Positions 48,436 to 58,732 of a DNA stretch of 64,000 nt are shown here, piece by piece. The notes under the pieces were generated by a model. The model searched no databases and had not been told where the DNA came from. It worked only from the letters and a program-made list of their open reading frames with translations. Each line of letters opens with the position of its first letter. Positions within the stretch are counted from its first letter, which is position 1. The stretch is from positions 768,001-832,000 of the forward strand of contig OY970342.1 of assembly GCA_963717505.1 (NCBI GenBank), read 5' to 3'. This DNA comes from Candidatus Eiseniibacteriota bacterium (lineage in GTDB: Bacteria; Eisenbacteria; RBG-16-71-46). The position numbers and the translations under genes are program-made.

Positions 48436-49419
48436 TCAGCGCTTCGGGGGTGGCGGCTTCCGCCCGAGGAACATGACTTCTTCTTCGAGCTCGACCTGGA
48501 ACCGCTCGCGCACCCGGCGCTTCATTTCGGCGGCCAATACCAGCACGTCGCGCGCGGTCGCATGCCCGGCGTTGACGATGATGTTCGCGTGCCTGGCGAA
48601 CACCATGGCGTCGCCGATCCGCAGTCCGCGGCAATCGCACTCGTCGAGCAGCTGGCCGGCCGCGATCCGCCGGGTACCGGGCGAGTGCTTGGCGCCGGGC
48701 ATCTGCCAATCGGGCGGCAGGTTCTTGAAGTAGGACCCCGCGGTCGGCTCGATCCGCCACTGCGGGTGCTTCACCCGGCGAATCTCGAGCTTCTCGTCGA
48801 TCTCGGCCTGGATCGCCGCTCGCTCGCCGCGCTGGAGCTGGATCAGGCTTGTGAGCAGCACGCGCGGATCGCGCTTCAGGCGAGAATCGCGGTAGGCGAA
48901 CTCGAACCACGATGCCGGCCGTGTCTCGGTGCGAGCGCCGTCGGGCGTGGCGATCGTGCACTCGATGGTGAAGGAGCCGATGTCCTTGCCGTAGCAGCCG
49001 GCGTTGCCGTAGAGGGCACCACCGACCGAGCCGGGAATCCCGGCGGCGAACTCGAGACCGGCCAGCTCGCGGTCGCGGCACTGCAGGATGAACTCCAGGA
49101 AGTCCGCGCCGCATCCGACCTGGGCCGCGGTGCCGTCGAACTCGATCTGCTCGCAGGCGTTCCGCACCACGAGACCGGGGAAGCCTTCGTCTGAGACCAG
49201 CAGGTTGCTGCCGCCGCCCAGCAGGAACACCGGGACCTCGGTCTCCTGGGCCACGCGCAGCGCATCGACCAGACGTTCGGGCGTACGCGCGGCGTAGTAG
49301 AAGTCGGCCGGCCCGCCGATCCGGAACGTAGTGTGGTGGCGGAGCGGCTCTTCGGTCAGAAGCTCGTCGCCCAGCACTTTGCGCAGGCGGTCTTCCGTGG
49401 TCGTCAGGCGCGGGTTCAT
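48436..49419 (-). CDS. murB: UDP-N-acetylmuramate dehydrogenase
   Basis: HTTFRIGGPA, LGGGSNLL, GIPGSVGGA..GNAG, FAYRDS, AGSYFKN, HANIIVN, LEEEV. Confidence 0.95.
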   Translation of the reverse strand: MNPRLTTTEDRLRKVLGDELLTEEPLRHHTTFRIGGPADFYYAARTPERLVDALRVAQETEVPVFLLGGGSNLLVSDEGFPGLVVRNACEQIEFDGTAAQVGCGADFLEFILQCRDRELAGLEFAAGIPGSVGGALYGNAGCYGKDIGSFTIECTIATPDGARTETRPASWFEFAYRDSRLKRDPRVLLTSLIQLQRGERAAIQAEIDEKLEIRRVKHPQWRIEPTAGSYFKNLPPDWQMPGAKHSPGTRRIAAGQLLDECDCRGLRIGDAMVFARHANIIVNAGHATARDVLVLAAEMKRRVRERFQVELEEEVMFLGRKPPPPKR

Positions 49420-49507
49420 GAATGGCGCAGTGTAGTCGGGTGACGAGGACGAATGCGAAGGGGTGTCCCGGCAGCGGGACACCCCCGGTGGTTGCGCAGC
49501 GACGACT

Positions 49508-50254
49508 TCAGGCCGCAATCGCTCGCGGAATCTGGGTGCCCAGCTTCCAGGTCTGGTAGCGCTCGAGACTCTGCGGAGACAGCGATCCCTTGTGAGTCTT
49601 GCCCTTGATCGTGAAGGTCGAGTTGAGATTGTTGCCGATCATCACCTTCTTGCCGGGCTCGATGTCGAACTCATGGCGCAACGCCATGACCGCCTGGTTC
49701 TGGCCCATCTGGATCAGCAGTGCCCCCTGGTCGTCGAGGCGGCCGCGCCAGAGCTTGGCATGTAGCCCGGTGGTCGTGAACTCGATCATGTCCTGCGCTT
49801 CCTTGACCTTGGCCTTCTCGACCGACTGGATCATGTCGTCCAGGGCCTTGAGCTCGGTGTCCTGCGGCTGGAACCCGAGCGCGTTGCGGAATTCCTTGAA
49901 GCGCATGATGCCGACGCCGCCCCAGTAGAGCTGGAAGATGCCGAGCTTGACCCACAAGCTCGCGCCGCCGCCGTCCCCAATCGTCCCCAGGATGTTCGTG
50001 GCGCCGACCAGGATCAGCGTGAGGCCGTCGATGACGATGCCCGCCGGCTGCGGCCGCAGAAGGTTCCACAAGCCGGTTCCCAGCAGGGCCACGCCGATAC
50101 CGACCGTGATCAGACTCAGCGGGGGCATGGCTCCGATTCCCAGGGCCAGGGCACCCATGATGATGCTGCCGATGGCTCCGGTACGGAGCGTCTTACGCGC
50201 CATGCGGTGGTCGGCAACCTGCTGCAGGCGATTCCAGTCGTTTCCGAATCTCAT
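49508..50254 (-). CDS. Hypothetical membrane protein (4 TM plus soluble C-terminus)
   Basis: Host-like codon usage, GGAGA RBS, hydrophobic helices. Confidence 0.65.
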   Translation of the reverse strand: MRFGNDWNRLQQVADHRMARKTLRTGAIGSIIMGALALGIGAMPPLSLITVGIGVALLGTGLWNLLRPQPAGIVIDGLTLILVGATNILGTIGDGGGASLWVKLGIFQLYWGGVGIMRFKEFRNALGFQPQDTELKALDDMIQSVEKAKVKEAQDMIEFTTTGLHAKLWRGRLDDQGALLIQMGQNQAVMALRHEFDIEPGKKVMIGNNLNSTFTIKGKTHKGSLSPQSLERYQTWKLGTQIPRAIAA

Positions 50255-50465
50255 GGTCGTTCTCCGTGACACATGTTTTGCGGCACCGGACGACGTGGGA
50301 AACGCGCGTCGCAAGGCAGGGGTCTGCGGCTTTGGGGCGTATGGGTTTTCGGCAGCAGTGCGGTCGGACCTTAGGACTTGGCTGCCCCCCCCGCGACCGC
50401 ATACGATTGGCCGGTCGGTCCCAGTTTTCCTCACGCAACCTCGTTCCCACCCGGGAGGAACGGAA

Positions 50466-50687
50466 ATGCCCACGCTCGAGATCACCTACTGCGTCGCTTG
50501 AAACTACCTGCCCAGGGCCACCGGTCTGGCGGCCGAGGTCAAGAAACAGCGTTCCGTGGACGTGGTGTTGCACAAGGGGTCGGGGGGCCAGTTCGAGGTC
50601 GTGCTCGACGGCAAGCTCCTGTTCTCGAAGAAGCAGTCGGGACGCTTCCCCGAACCCGAAGAGATCCTGGATCTGGTCCCACGCTAA
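50466..50687 (+). CDS. SelW/SelT/SelH (Rdx) family selenoprotein, CxxU
   Basis: GGGAGGA RBS; MPTLEITYCVA-UGA(50499-50501)-NYLPRATGLAAEV...GSGGQFEVVLDGKLLFSKKQSGRFPEPEEI. Confidence 0.88.
50507..50538 (+). promoter_or_regulatory. Putative bacterial SECIS hairpin
   Basis: GCCA-CCGGTC-TGGC apical hairpin starting about 16 nt after the UGA, with CCT/AGG lower pairing. Confidence 0.55.
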
Positions 50688-50741
50688 CGGCGGCACCTTT
50701 GTGAACGGCATCGCGCGTCCCGCGCCGGCGGCCTCCCTCCC

Positions 50742-51158
50742 ATGAAGGCCGTCGCGCTGCGCGGACATCCATTGCACCCGGTGATCGCGATCGCGCCGCT
50801 CTCGCTCCTGACCGCGAGCTTGGCCACGGACATCGCGCGGCTTGCCACCGGCGACCTCGCCTACGCCGAGGCGGCGCGCTGGGCGCTCGGCGCGGCCGTG
50901 ATCAGCGGGCTGGTGGCAGCGGTGCCCGGCGTCATCGACACGTTCACCTACCCGCAGGCGGCGCGCGGCGTTCCTATACGCCACGCGCTGCTCAGCTCGC
51001 TCGGCCTCAGCCTGATGGCGCTGGGCTGGTGGCTGCGGCGCGACGATCCGGTCTCGGTCGTGGCGCTTTCGCTGTCGGCCGTGGCGGTGACGACCATGAT
51101 CGTCAGCCGGCGCGTGGGCATGCGGCTGACGCCGGCGCCGCCGCGGGTCAGGAGCTAG
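50742..51158 (+). CDS. DUF2231-family membrane protein
   Basis: GHPLHP motif, AAVPG.ID, H before the third TM helix. Confidence 0.75.
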   Translation: MKAVALRGHPLHPVIAIAPLSLLTASLATDIARLATGDLAYAEAARWALGAAVISGLVAAVPGVIDTFTYPQAARGVPIRHALLSSLGLSLMALGWWLRRDDPVSVVALSLSAVAVTTMIVSRRVGMRLTPAPPRVRS

Positions 51159-51513
51159 ACGGGACCTTCTCGAGGCTCAGCCGGTAGCTCCGCTCTCCCA
51201 GTCGCTCGAAGACGATGGTGTCGCCGACCGCGAGCCCGCGCTCCCGGCACCACTTCATCATGCCGGGCACGCGCGGCGAGCGCGGGCGGAACATCCAGGT
51301 GCCGTACTGGATGTCGGTCTCGAAGGAAAACCCGAGATCGGTCTCGATGGTGATCGGCTTCACTTCGTACGGTCGCGGCGCATCACTTGGGCCGCGCGGA
51401 CCGACCGCGTCGGCGGGAAAGAAGTCGAGCAGGTCCCAGAGCGAGAGATTGCGCTCGGTCGCGGTCCACAGGTCGGCCGGAGTGGCCATTGGGATTCGGC
51501 GGACTTCACTCAT
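51148..51513 (-). CDS. Hypothetical protein, possible B3-like DNA-binding pseudobarrel
   Basis: LDFFPADAVG...ETDI...W...GLAVGDTIVFERLG..SYRL. Confidence 0.55.
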   Translation of the reverse strand: MSEVRRIPMATPADLWTATERNLSLWDLLDFFPADAVGPRGPSDAPRPYEVKPITIETDLGFSFETDIQYGTWMFRPRSPRVPGMMKWCRERGLAVGDTIVFERLGERSYRLSLEKVPSSS

Positions 51514-51570
51514 GGTCGTCCGCCCGCGCGGTCACCCCGGGTCAACGAACGGGCCATGTCGGCCGAGGGG

Positions 51571-52176
51571 TCATCCCTTTCGCTCGACGACCGGCCGCGG
51601 CATGTGCAGCACGTCGCGCACCCCGGCGTAGCCGTCGCCGCCGAGACGACCCAGCGGCCTGAGCTTGGCGACGTCGACCCGCCCGTCGGTCAGCACTTCG
51701 TCGGCGACGTGCGCGCGCAACATCTCGCCGACCACGAATGCCGCGTCGCCGAGTGCCACCTCCTGGAACAGCCGGCATTCGAGGCTGACCGGGGACTCGC
51801 CGACGCGCGGCGAGCGCACCAGGTCGGAAGCCACCGGCGTCAGCCCGGTGAGCTGGAATTCGTCGACCTCGGCCGGCCAATCGCCCGAGGTCCGAACCAT
51901 GCGCTCGCCCATTTCCTCGGTCACGGTATTGATGACGAAGTCGCCGGTCGCGCGAATGTTGTGCAGCGTGTCCTTGGGCTCGCCGCCGCGCAGGTTGATC
52001 GAAATGCCCAGCAACGGCGGACGGTTGGTGATGGCGTTGAAGTACGAGAACGGCGCGACGTTGAACTGCCCCGAGGGACCAATGGTCGAGACGAAGGCGA
52101 TCGGCCGCGGCACGACCACGCCGATCATGAACCGGTAGATGGCAGAAGGCGAGAGTGACTGCGGATCGAGAATCAT
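51571..52176 (-). CDS. Flavin reductase family protein (DIM6/NTAB)
   Basis: VVPRPIAFVST, NVAPFSYFN, KDTLHNI..TGDFVIN, PRVGESPVSLECRL, PLGRLGG..Y. Confidence 0.9.
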   Translation of the reverse strand: MILDPQSLSPSAIYRFMIGVVVPRPIAFVSTIGPSGQFNVAPFSYFNAITNRPPLLGISINLRGGEPKDTLHNIRATGDFVINTVTEEMGERMVRTSGDWPAEVDEFQLTGLTPVASDLVRSPRVGESPVSLECRLFQEVALGDAAFVVGEMLRAHVADEVLTDGRVDVAKLRPLGRLGGDGYAGVRDVLHMPRPVVERKG

Positions 52177-52248
52177 GGCCCGAGACTAGCACGGCCCCCG
52201 GCGTGCTATCGTTTCGGGCTCGTCGAGTTTCCTGCATCCGGAGGTGGA

Positions 52249-53004
52249 ATGATCCGTCCCCGACTCCTGCTTGCCGTGCTGGCGATCGCGATCGCGTCCA
52301 CTGCGCTCGCCCAGCCGGCCGACATGCCGCTGCCCATGTCCCGTTACATCTTCGGCCTGCTGCGCCGCGGTCCGGCCTGGACCGCCGAGCGCACCGCGCG
52401 CACCGACAGCATCCAGGCCGGACACATGGCGAACATCGGCCGTATGCACGGGGCGGGAGTCTTGCTCGCGGCGGGTCCGTTCGAAGACGGCGGCGACTGG
52501 CGCGGCATCTTCATCTTCCCCGCGGACTCGGCGGCGCGCATCCGCCAGATGGCAGCCGGCGACCCGGCGATCGCGAGCGGCCGGCTGGCGCTCGACTTGT
52601 ACCCTTGGTTCGCCCCGGCGGGGATCGGCGAACTGTATCGGCAGCGCGCCCAGCAACCCGGCCACCGCGACAGCATGTTCGCCACCCAGTTCGCGATGAT
52701 CCGGCGCGGGCCTCGCTGGAGCGCGACCCTCTCGCCCGAGGATCAGAAGATCCAGAGCGAGCACGTCGCGGGCATCTTCCGCATGCTGCTCGCCGGGCAG
52801 CTCGCAACCGGCGGACCTTTCCTCGACAACGCACCCGACTCGACGTTCGCCGGCATCTTCGTGTTCCGCGGCGACTCGGCCAGCGCCCGTTCGCTCGCGG
52901 CCGCCGACCCCGCGATCAAGGCCGGGCGGCTCGAGCTGGTCTGGAAGAAGTGGTGGGTCGGCTGGGGAACGTTCCCCGGCGACACGATGGCAGCCAGGCA
53001 GTAG
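52249..53004 (+). CDS. Secreted tandem YciI-like domain protein
   Basis: Two repeats of RRGP.W...QxxH...GPF.D...GIF.F...ADPAI..GRL. Confidence 0.75.
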   Translation: MIRPRLLLAVLAIAIASTALAQPADMPLPMSRYIFGLLRRGPAWTAERTARTDSIQAGHMANIGRMHGAGVLLAAGPFEDGGDWRGIFIFPADSAARIRQMAAGDPAIASGRLALDLYPWFAPAGIGELYRQRAQQPGHRDSMFATQFAMIRRGPRWSATLSPEDQKIQSEHVAGIFRMLLAGQLATGGPFLDNAPDSTFAGIFVFRGDSASARSLAAADPAIKAGRLELVWKKWWVGWGTFPGDTMAARQ

Positions 53005-53018
53005 CGCGGGGGCCGAAC

Positions 53019-53558
53019 ATGCCGGGAACGCACGTGGCTCTACTGCGCGGCATCAACGTCGGGCGCGCCAAGCGGGTGGCAATGGCTGACCTGCGCGCTC
53101 TGGTCGAGGGCTTGGGCTTTGGCGACGTGCGCACGCTGCTCAACAGCGGCAACATCGCGTTCACCGTGCCGCGAGCCGCCAAGGGCGATCCCGCCCCCCG
53201 GATCGAGAAGGCGTTCGCCAAAGAGTTCGGCTTCTCCTCCCGGGTGACCGTGCTGACCGCCGCCGAGCTGGACGCGGTGGTCACCGGGAATCCGCTGGCC
53301 AAAGCCGGGCGGAACCCCTCGCGGCTCCTGGTCGCGGTGCTCACCGATCCCGCGGATCGCTCCAAACTCCAGCCCCTGTCGAAGAAGAACTGGACGCCCG
53401 AGGCGCTGGCGATCGGCAAGCGCGTCGCCTACCAGTGGTGCCCGGACGGCATGCTCGAGAGCCCGCTGACCGAGGAGGTGACCCGCGTCCTCGGCGATGG
53501 GCAGACCACGCGCAACTGGGCGACCCTGACCAAGCTCCACGCTCTGGTCGTGTCGTAG
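53019..53558 (+). CDS. DUF1697 family protein
   Basis: VALLRGINVG...MADLR...VRTLLNSGN...TTRNWAT. Confidence 0.88.
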   Translation: MPGTHVALLRGINVGRAKRVAMADLRALVEGLGFGDVRTLLNSGNIAFTVPRAAKGDPAPRIEKAFAKEFGFSSRVTVLTAAELDAVVTGNPLAKAGRNPSRLLVAVLTDPADRSKLQPLSKKNWTPEALAIGKRVAYQWCPDGMLESPLTEEVTRVLGDGQTTRNWATLTKLHALVVS

Positions 53559-53869
53559 GCCGAACTCTGCCTGCACCAGGAGTCCGCTGTCGCGGAAGAA
53601 GTGGGGCCGGCGACCAACTGTTCCGAGTCGGTCAGCACCCTGCCAGCGGATGGTGAAGCAACCGGGTGTGACTACCCACCGGCGTCGCCGGTCGCGGGGT
53701 TGTCCGCGCTCGGCCCGCTGAGCCTTTCCCGAGTGCAACCTCGGATAGGCTTCCACCGTCAAAGCGACAATCCGGGGTGTCCCGCAACGAGTAGCCCGTC
53801 CGGTTCATCCCGGCGTGCCGCCGGCGCATGACCCCCCGACGTTTCGCACCGGGGAGGAGGGTCGCCCCC

Positions 53870-55162
53870 ATGGAAGGTCTCAACGGCGAAGTCGGCGCAC
53901 TGCTCGAGGAACTCGCGGTGCTGCGCGCACGCGTCGCCGAGCTGGAGCAATGGAACGGGGCCGCCGAGCGCGCCGCCGAGGCGTTGAGCCGGAGCGACCA
54001 GAGCTTGAGGCGCGTGTTCGATCACTCGAACGACGGCATCTTCATCGTCGACCCCACAGCGGATCGCATCGTCGACGTCAACCAGCGTGCCTGCACGATG
54101 CTCGGCTACACACGCGAAGAGATACTGGCCCGGCCGATGTCGTGCGTGCACCCGGACGACTCGCCCAAGCTCGACGCGTTCACCGAGCAGGTCCTGGCCG
54201 AGGGCGCCGGCTGGACGCGCGAGTTGTCGTGCGTCACCAAATCCGGGGTTCGGATCCCCTCCGAAATCTCAGCGTCGGTGCTCGAGTCGGGCGCCAATCG
54301 GTACGTGATCGCCCTGGTGCGCGACATCAGCGAGCGCAAGCGCGCCGAGGAGGAGCTGCTGCGCGCCAATCGCCGAATGCGCGCCGACCTCGACGCCGCG
54401 GCCGAGGTCCAGGAGTCCCTTCTGCCGGCACCGACGATCGAGATTCCCGGACTCGAAGTCGGCTGGCAGGTACGACCGAGCGAGCGGCTCGGCGGCGATC
54501 TACTGGACCTCTACCGCGTCGACGACGAGCACGTCGGCATGTACGTGGTCGACGTCAGTGGCCACGGTGTCTCGGCCGCCATGCTGTCGATCGCGATCCA
54601 GCGCGTATTGTCGCAGTCCGCGGTCGAGGCGCCGATGTTCAACGGATACCGCGGGAGCAATCCCGACGCGGGCGGCGGGCTGACTCGGCCGTCCGAGGTC
54701 TGCCGGCGGTTGAACACCATGTTCCCGCGCAACCCGATCACCGGCCAGTACTGCACGCTGATCTACGGCGTCTACAACCTGCGCACGCACGTGTTCCGCT
54801 TCTCGAGCGCCGGGCACTCGCCGCCGATCCTGGTGACCCCCGACGGCAGGGCCCAGGAACTGGTATTGCCCGGCGCTCCGATCGGGCTGTGGCCCGATTC
54901 GGAATTCGAGGAGATGGAGGTCGCGGTGCCGCCCGGGAGCCGGATCTATCTCTACTCGGACGGAATCCTCGACGTGTTCGGCCCGGAAGGCGATCCCTAT
55001 GGCGTCGAGCGTCTGTTGGGCGAGGCCACCGAGCTGCGCGGCCACGACGTGCGCACCTGTGTCACCCGGCTGATCGAGGGGGCACTGGCGTGGAACGCGG
55101 GGCTGGTGCCGCTCGACGATATCTCGCTCCTGGCGTTCGAAGCGGGCATCCGCGTGGACTGA
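53870..55162 (+). CDS. PAS-domain PP2C/SpoIIE-family phosphatase
   Basis: DVNQRAC.MLGYTREE PAS; LGGD, VDVSGHGVSAA, SAGHSPP, YSDG, DDISLL. Confidence 0.92.
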   Translation: MEGLNGEVGALLEELAVLRARVAELEQWNGAAERAAEALSRSDQSLRRVFDHSNDGIFIVDPTADRIVDVNQRACTMLGYTREEILARPMSCVHPDDSPKLDAFTEQVLAEGAGWTRELSCVTKSGVRIPSEISASVLESGANRYVIALVRDISERKRAEEELLRANRRMRADLDAAAEVQESLLPAPTIEIPGLEVGWQVRPSERLGGDLLDLYRVDDEHVGMYVVDVSGHGVSAAMLSIAIQRVLSQSAVEAPMFNGYRGSNPDAGGGLTRPSEVCRRLNTMFPRNPITGQYCTLIYGVYNLRTHVFRFSSAGHSPPILVTPDGRAQELVLPGAPIGLWPDSEFEEMEVAVPPGSRIYLYSDGILDVFGPEGDPYGVERLLGEATELRGHDVRTCVTRLIEGALAWNAGLVPLDDISLLAFEAGIRVD

Positions 55163-55208
55163 AGCCGGTTCCCGGCCGGCGGGGCGGGGTCTGCTAGCAT
55201 CGCCGGCC

Positions 55209-58200
55209 GTGCTCTCCGCTCCTACATTCGAGTTCCACGTCACCCGCGAGGCCCGTGTCCGCTACGGCCTCGACCAACCCTGGTTCGCGCTGAGCGGCAA
55301 CGTCCTGCTCGGCGACCTCGCCGCATCGCGCCAGCTCGCCCACCGGATGACGCAGGAGCGCGCGGCCGCCGGCGGCGACCCGACTCCCGCGGGCGACCTG
55401 CACGCGATGGGGCTCATCGACGAGGTCCTCCACTTCGTCTGCGGGCTCTATCGCACCCAGGTCGCAGGCGACGCATTCAGCCGCGCGTTGGCATTCGTCG
55501 AGCAGAGCGTCGGACGCGAGGCGGTGGCCACGCTGCTGGCGCGGTTCGTCGAGCGATTCCCGCCGCTCGCGGTTCATCGCGGCGAGGTCGACGGGTCGGC
55601 GTGGCTGGCCGGCCGCTCGGGCACTGTCGGCCACCGCGAGGTGGCTCTCGAAGAGCTGTTGATGCTGTGGCTGGCGAACGCTAATCCTGCGTTCGCGCCG
55701 TTTCTCGAGCTGTTCGACGACGAAGCGCTCGCGGGCGCCGGCTATCCGGAAGCGATCGCGGCACTGCGAGATCACTTCGCGAATCAGCCTGGGTTTGGAC
55801 CCGACGATCAGCCCCTGCCCGACATGCTGCAGGCCCCGGCTCTCGCGTCTCCCCACTCGCTCGCCGGCCAGCTCGAGTTCATCCGCACGCATTGGGGGCA
55901 TCTGCTCGGCGACCTTCTCGACAAGCTGCTCCTGGCACTCGACGTCATTCAGGAGGAGGAGCGCGCGCGCCAGCTGCGGCTCGCGGGCGACGCGGCGCTC
56001 AAGGGACGCGCTCCGGTCGTGGACTTTCGCGGCGATGCCGCCGAGCCCGAGCGCTTCAGTCCCGATCGCGACTGGATGCCGCGGGTCGTGCTCATGGCCA
56101 AGAGTACCCACGTGTGGATGGATCAGCTCTCGCGTGCGTACGGACGCACCATCAACCGAATCGATCAGATCCCCGACGAAGAGCTGGATCGCCTCGCGCG
56201 CTGGGGGATTTCCGGACTGTGGCTCATTGGACTCTGGGAACGCAGCCCGGCGTCGCAGCGCATCAAGCAGCTGTGCGGCAATCCCGATGCCGCTGCCTCG
56301 GCCTACTCTCTGCGCGACTACACGATCGCCGACGACGTCGGCGGCGACGCCGCGTGGGCGAACCTCAAGGACCGCGCGTGGCAGCGTGGTATTCGCCTGG
56401 CGAGCGACATGGTCCCCAACCACATGGGGATCGACTCACGCTGGGTGATCGAGCACCCGCACTGGTTCCTGTCGGCGCCGCATCCGCCCTACCCGTCGTA
56501 CACGTTCCACGGGCCCGACCTGTCGCCGGACTCGCGCGTCGGGATTCACCTGGAAGACCACTACTACGATCGCTCCGATGCCGCGGTGGTGTTCATGCGC
56601 GTCGACCGTGGATCGGGTGAGACGCGCTTTATCTACCACGGCAACGACGGCACGCAGATGCCGTGGAACGACACGGCACAGCTCGACTACCTGAATCCCG
56701 AAGTGCGCGAGGGCGTGATCCAGACCATCCTGCACGTCGCGCGCAAGTTCCCGATCATCCGCTTCGATGCCGCCATGACCCTCGCCCGCAAGCATTTCCA
56801 GCGGCTGTGGTTCCCCGAGCCCGGGACTGGCGGCGGCATTCCGTCGCGCGCCGAGCGCGGCATGAGTCGCGCCGAGTTCGAGGCGGCGATGCCGGTTGAG
56901 TTCTGGCGTGAGGTGGTCGATCGGGTCGCCGTCGAGGTGCCCGACACGCTGCTGCTGGCCGAGGCGTTCTGGCTGATGGAAGGCTACTTCGTGCGCACGC
57001 TGGGAATGCACCGCGTTTACAACAGCGCGTTCATGAACATGCTGCGCGACGAGGACAACGCCAACTACCGGAGCGTGATCCGCAACACCATCGAGTTCGA
57101 CCCGCAGGTGCTCAAGCGCTACGTCAACTTCATGAACAACCCCGACGAGCGCACGGCGGTCGATCAGTTCGGCAAGGGCGACAAGTACCTGGGCGTGTGC
57201 ACGCTGATGGCGACGCTGCCCGGCCTGCCGATGTTCGGCCACGGCCAGGTCGAAGGGTTCACGGAGAAGTACGGCATGGAGTTCCGCCGCGCCTCGCGCG
57301 ACGAAGAGCCAGACCGCGGACTGGTCGAGCGCCATGAGCGCGAGATCTTCCCCCTCCTCCACCGCCGGCACGTGTTCGCCGACGCCGGCGAATTTCGACT
57401 CTACGATCTGTTTGCGGACGGCGGCCACGTGAACGAGGACGTATTCGCGTACTCGAATCGCAGCGGCGATGAGCGGGCACTGGTCGTATACAACAATCGG
57501 TACGCCGAGGCGTCGGGGTGGATCCGCGAGTCGGCGGCGTTCGCGGTCAAGGCCGGCGACGGCAAGGAGCTGCGCCGGTCGACGCTGGCGGCTTCGCTCG
57601 GATTGGGCCGTGATGCCGATCTCTACTGCGTGTTCCGCGACCTGAGATCCGGTCAGGAGTTCGTCCGCGGCTCGCGCGAGCTGCACGACCGCGGACTGCA
57701 CGTCCAGCTCGGAGCCTACGGCTGTCGCGTGTATCTGGACTTCCGCGAGGTGCGGGATTCCGAGGCCGAACCGTGGGCCGAGGTTGCGCGCGAGCTATCG
57801 GGCGCCGGCACGCTGAGCACCGCCGCGATGCTGCGCGACATTCGTCTGCGACCGATCACGTTCGCGTTGGCGGCGCTCCTCGAGCCGGTAATGCTGGAGC
57901 GGCTCTTGGCAGGCACCGGGAAGCGCGCACCCGACCTGGATGAAGCAACCCGGCGATTCGCCCGGTTGGTGTCGGCTTCCCGGCACGAGGCCGGCGTATC
58001 CGGCGACGACGCTGAGGCTGCGGACCGGTTCCGTCGCACGATCGAGCGTCTTCTGGGTCCGTCGCGTTCACCCATCCCGAGGGTTCCTCGGGGTAGGGCG
58101 GCCGGCAAGACACCGGCGGCAGCAGCTCCTCGACCCGTTGCTGATGATTCCAAGAACGCAAATCAGGCGCTGTTGCTCGCGTGCGTGGCCCTCATCGAAC

Positions 58201-58661
58201 TCGAGCGGTCGCTCCCCCGCGACACGGCGTGGGCGGCTGACTGGAGTCTGAGCCGTGTGATCGAGACGGCGCTGACCCGCCTCGGGGTCGAGCCCTGGCG
58301 GGCGGCGCGTTCTGCGCGCAACGCCGTGGTCATCGCGTCCGAGGCACCGGCCTTTCTGAACGTCGCGCGCCAGCCGGCGGACGCGGGCGCTCTCGTCGCG
58401 CGTTGGCGGGAATCCGACGTCATTCGCGACGCCCTAGGGGTGAACCACCACGAGGGCACCTGGTGGTTCGGCAAGGAGGCGAGCGAGGAACTCCTGGAGA
58501 CGCTCGTTGCGGTCATCGCCCTTGGCGCCGACTCCGCGGACACTCAGGCCGCACGACGGCTGGCGTCCGGTTTGGCGGCCGCTGCAGAGAAAGCGGGCTA
58601 CCGCTTTGACGACTGGAGCGTGTTAGACCCGCCTAACACAACTCGCTCCGGAGCGAGTTGA
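55209..58661 (+). CDS. Large alpha-amylase family (GH13) protein
   Basis: ASDMVPNH, PWNDTAQL, IRFDAAM, LAEAFW, NNPDE, PGLPMFGHGQ. Confidence 0.85.
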   Translation: MLSAPTFEFHVTREARVRYGLDQPWFALSGNVLLGDLAASRQLAHRMTQERAAAGGDPTPAGDLHAMGLIDEVLHFVCGLYRTQVAGDAFSRALAFVEQSVGREAVATLLARFVERFPPLAVHRGEVDGSAWLAGRSGTVGHREVALEELLMLWLANANPAFAPFLELFDDEALAGAGYPEAIAALRDHFANQPGFGPDDQPLPDMLQAPALASPHSLAGQLEFIRTHWGHLLGDLLDKLLLALDVIQEEERARQLRLAGDAALKGRAPVVDFRGDAAEPERFSPDRDWMPRVVLMAKSTHVWMDQLSRAYGRTINRIDQIPDEELDRLARWGISGLWLIGLWERSPASQRIKQLCGNPDAAASAYSLRDYTIADDVGGDAAWANLKDRAWQRGIRLASDMVPNHMGIDSRWVIEHPHWFLSAPHPPYPSYTFHGPDLSPDSRVGIHLEDHYYDRSDAAVVFMRVDRGSGETRFIYHGNDGTQMPWNDTAQLDYLNPEVREGVIQTILHVARKFPIIRFDAAMTLARKHFQRLWFPEPGTGGGIPSRAERGMSRAEFEAAMPVEFWREVVDRVAVEVPDTLLLAEAFWLMEGYFVRTLGMHRVYNSAFMNMLRDEDNANYRSVIRNTIEFDPQVLKRYVNFMNNPDERTAVDQFGKGDKYLGVCTLMATLPGLPMFGHGQVEGFTEKYGMEFRRASRDEEPDRGLVERHEREIFPLLHRRHVFADAGEFRLYDLFADGGHVNEDVFAYSNRSGDERALVVYNNRYAEASGWIRESAAFAVKAGDGKELRRSTLAASLGLGRDADLYCVFRDLRSGQEFVRGSRELHDRGLHVQLGAYGCRVYLDFREVRDSEAEPWAEVARELSGAGTLSTAAMLRDIRLRPITFALAALLEPVMLERLLAGTGKRAPDLDEATRRFARLVSASRHEAGVSGDDAEAADRFRRTIERLLGPSRSPIPRVPRGRAAGKTPAAAAPRPVADDSKNANQALLLACVALIELERSLPRDTAWAADWSLSRVIETALTRLGVEPWRAARSARNAVVIASEAPAFLNVARQPADAGALVARWRESDVIRDALGVNHHEGTWWFGKEASEELLETLVAVIALGADSADTQAARRLASGLAAAAEKAGYRFDDWSVLDPPNTTRSGAS

Positions 58662-58732
58662 TGTGGATAACTTTGGCACCGGCGAGCATGGTGGCCTGAT
58701 CGGCTTCGGCGAGCAGCCGGCGCGATCCGCGG

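Noticed and set aside
53560-53860. 300-bp intergenic region; possible ncRNA or small peptide (MLTDSEQLVAG...)
   Set aside because: No recognisable RNA motif, RBS or modifying enzymes; the ORF overlaps the DUF1697 gene antisense
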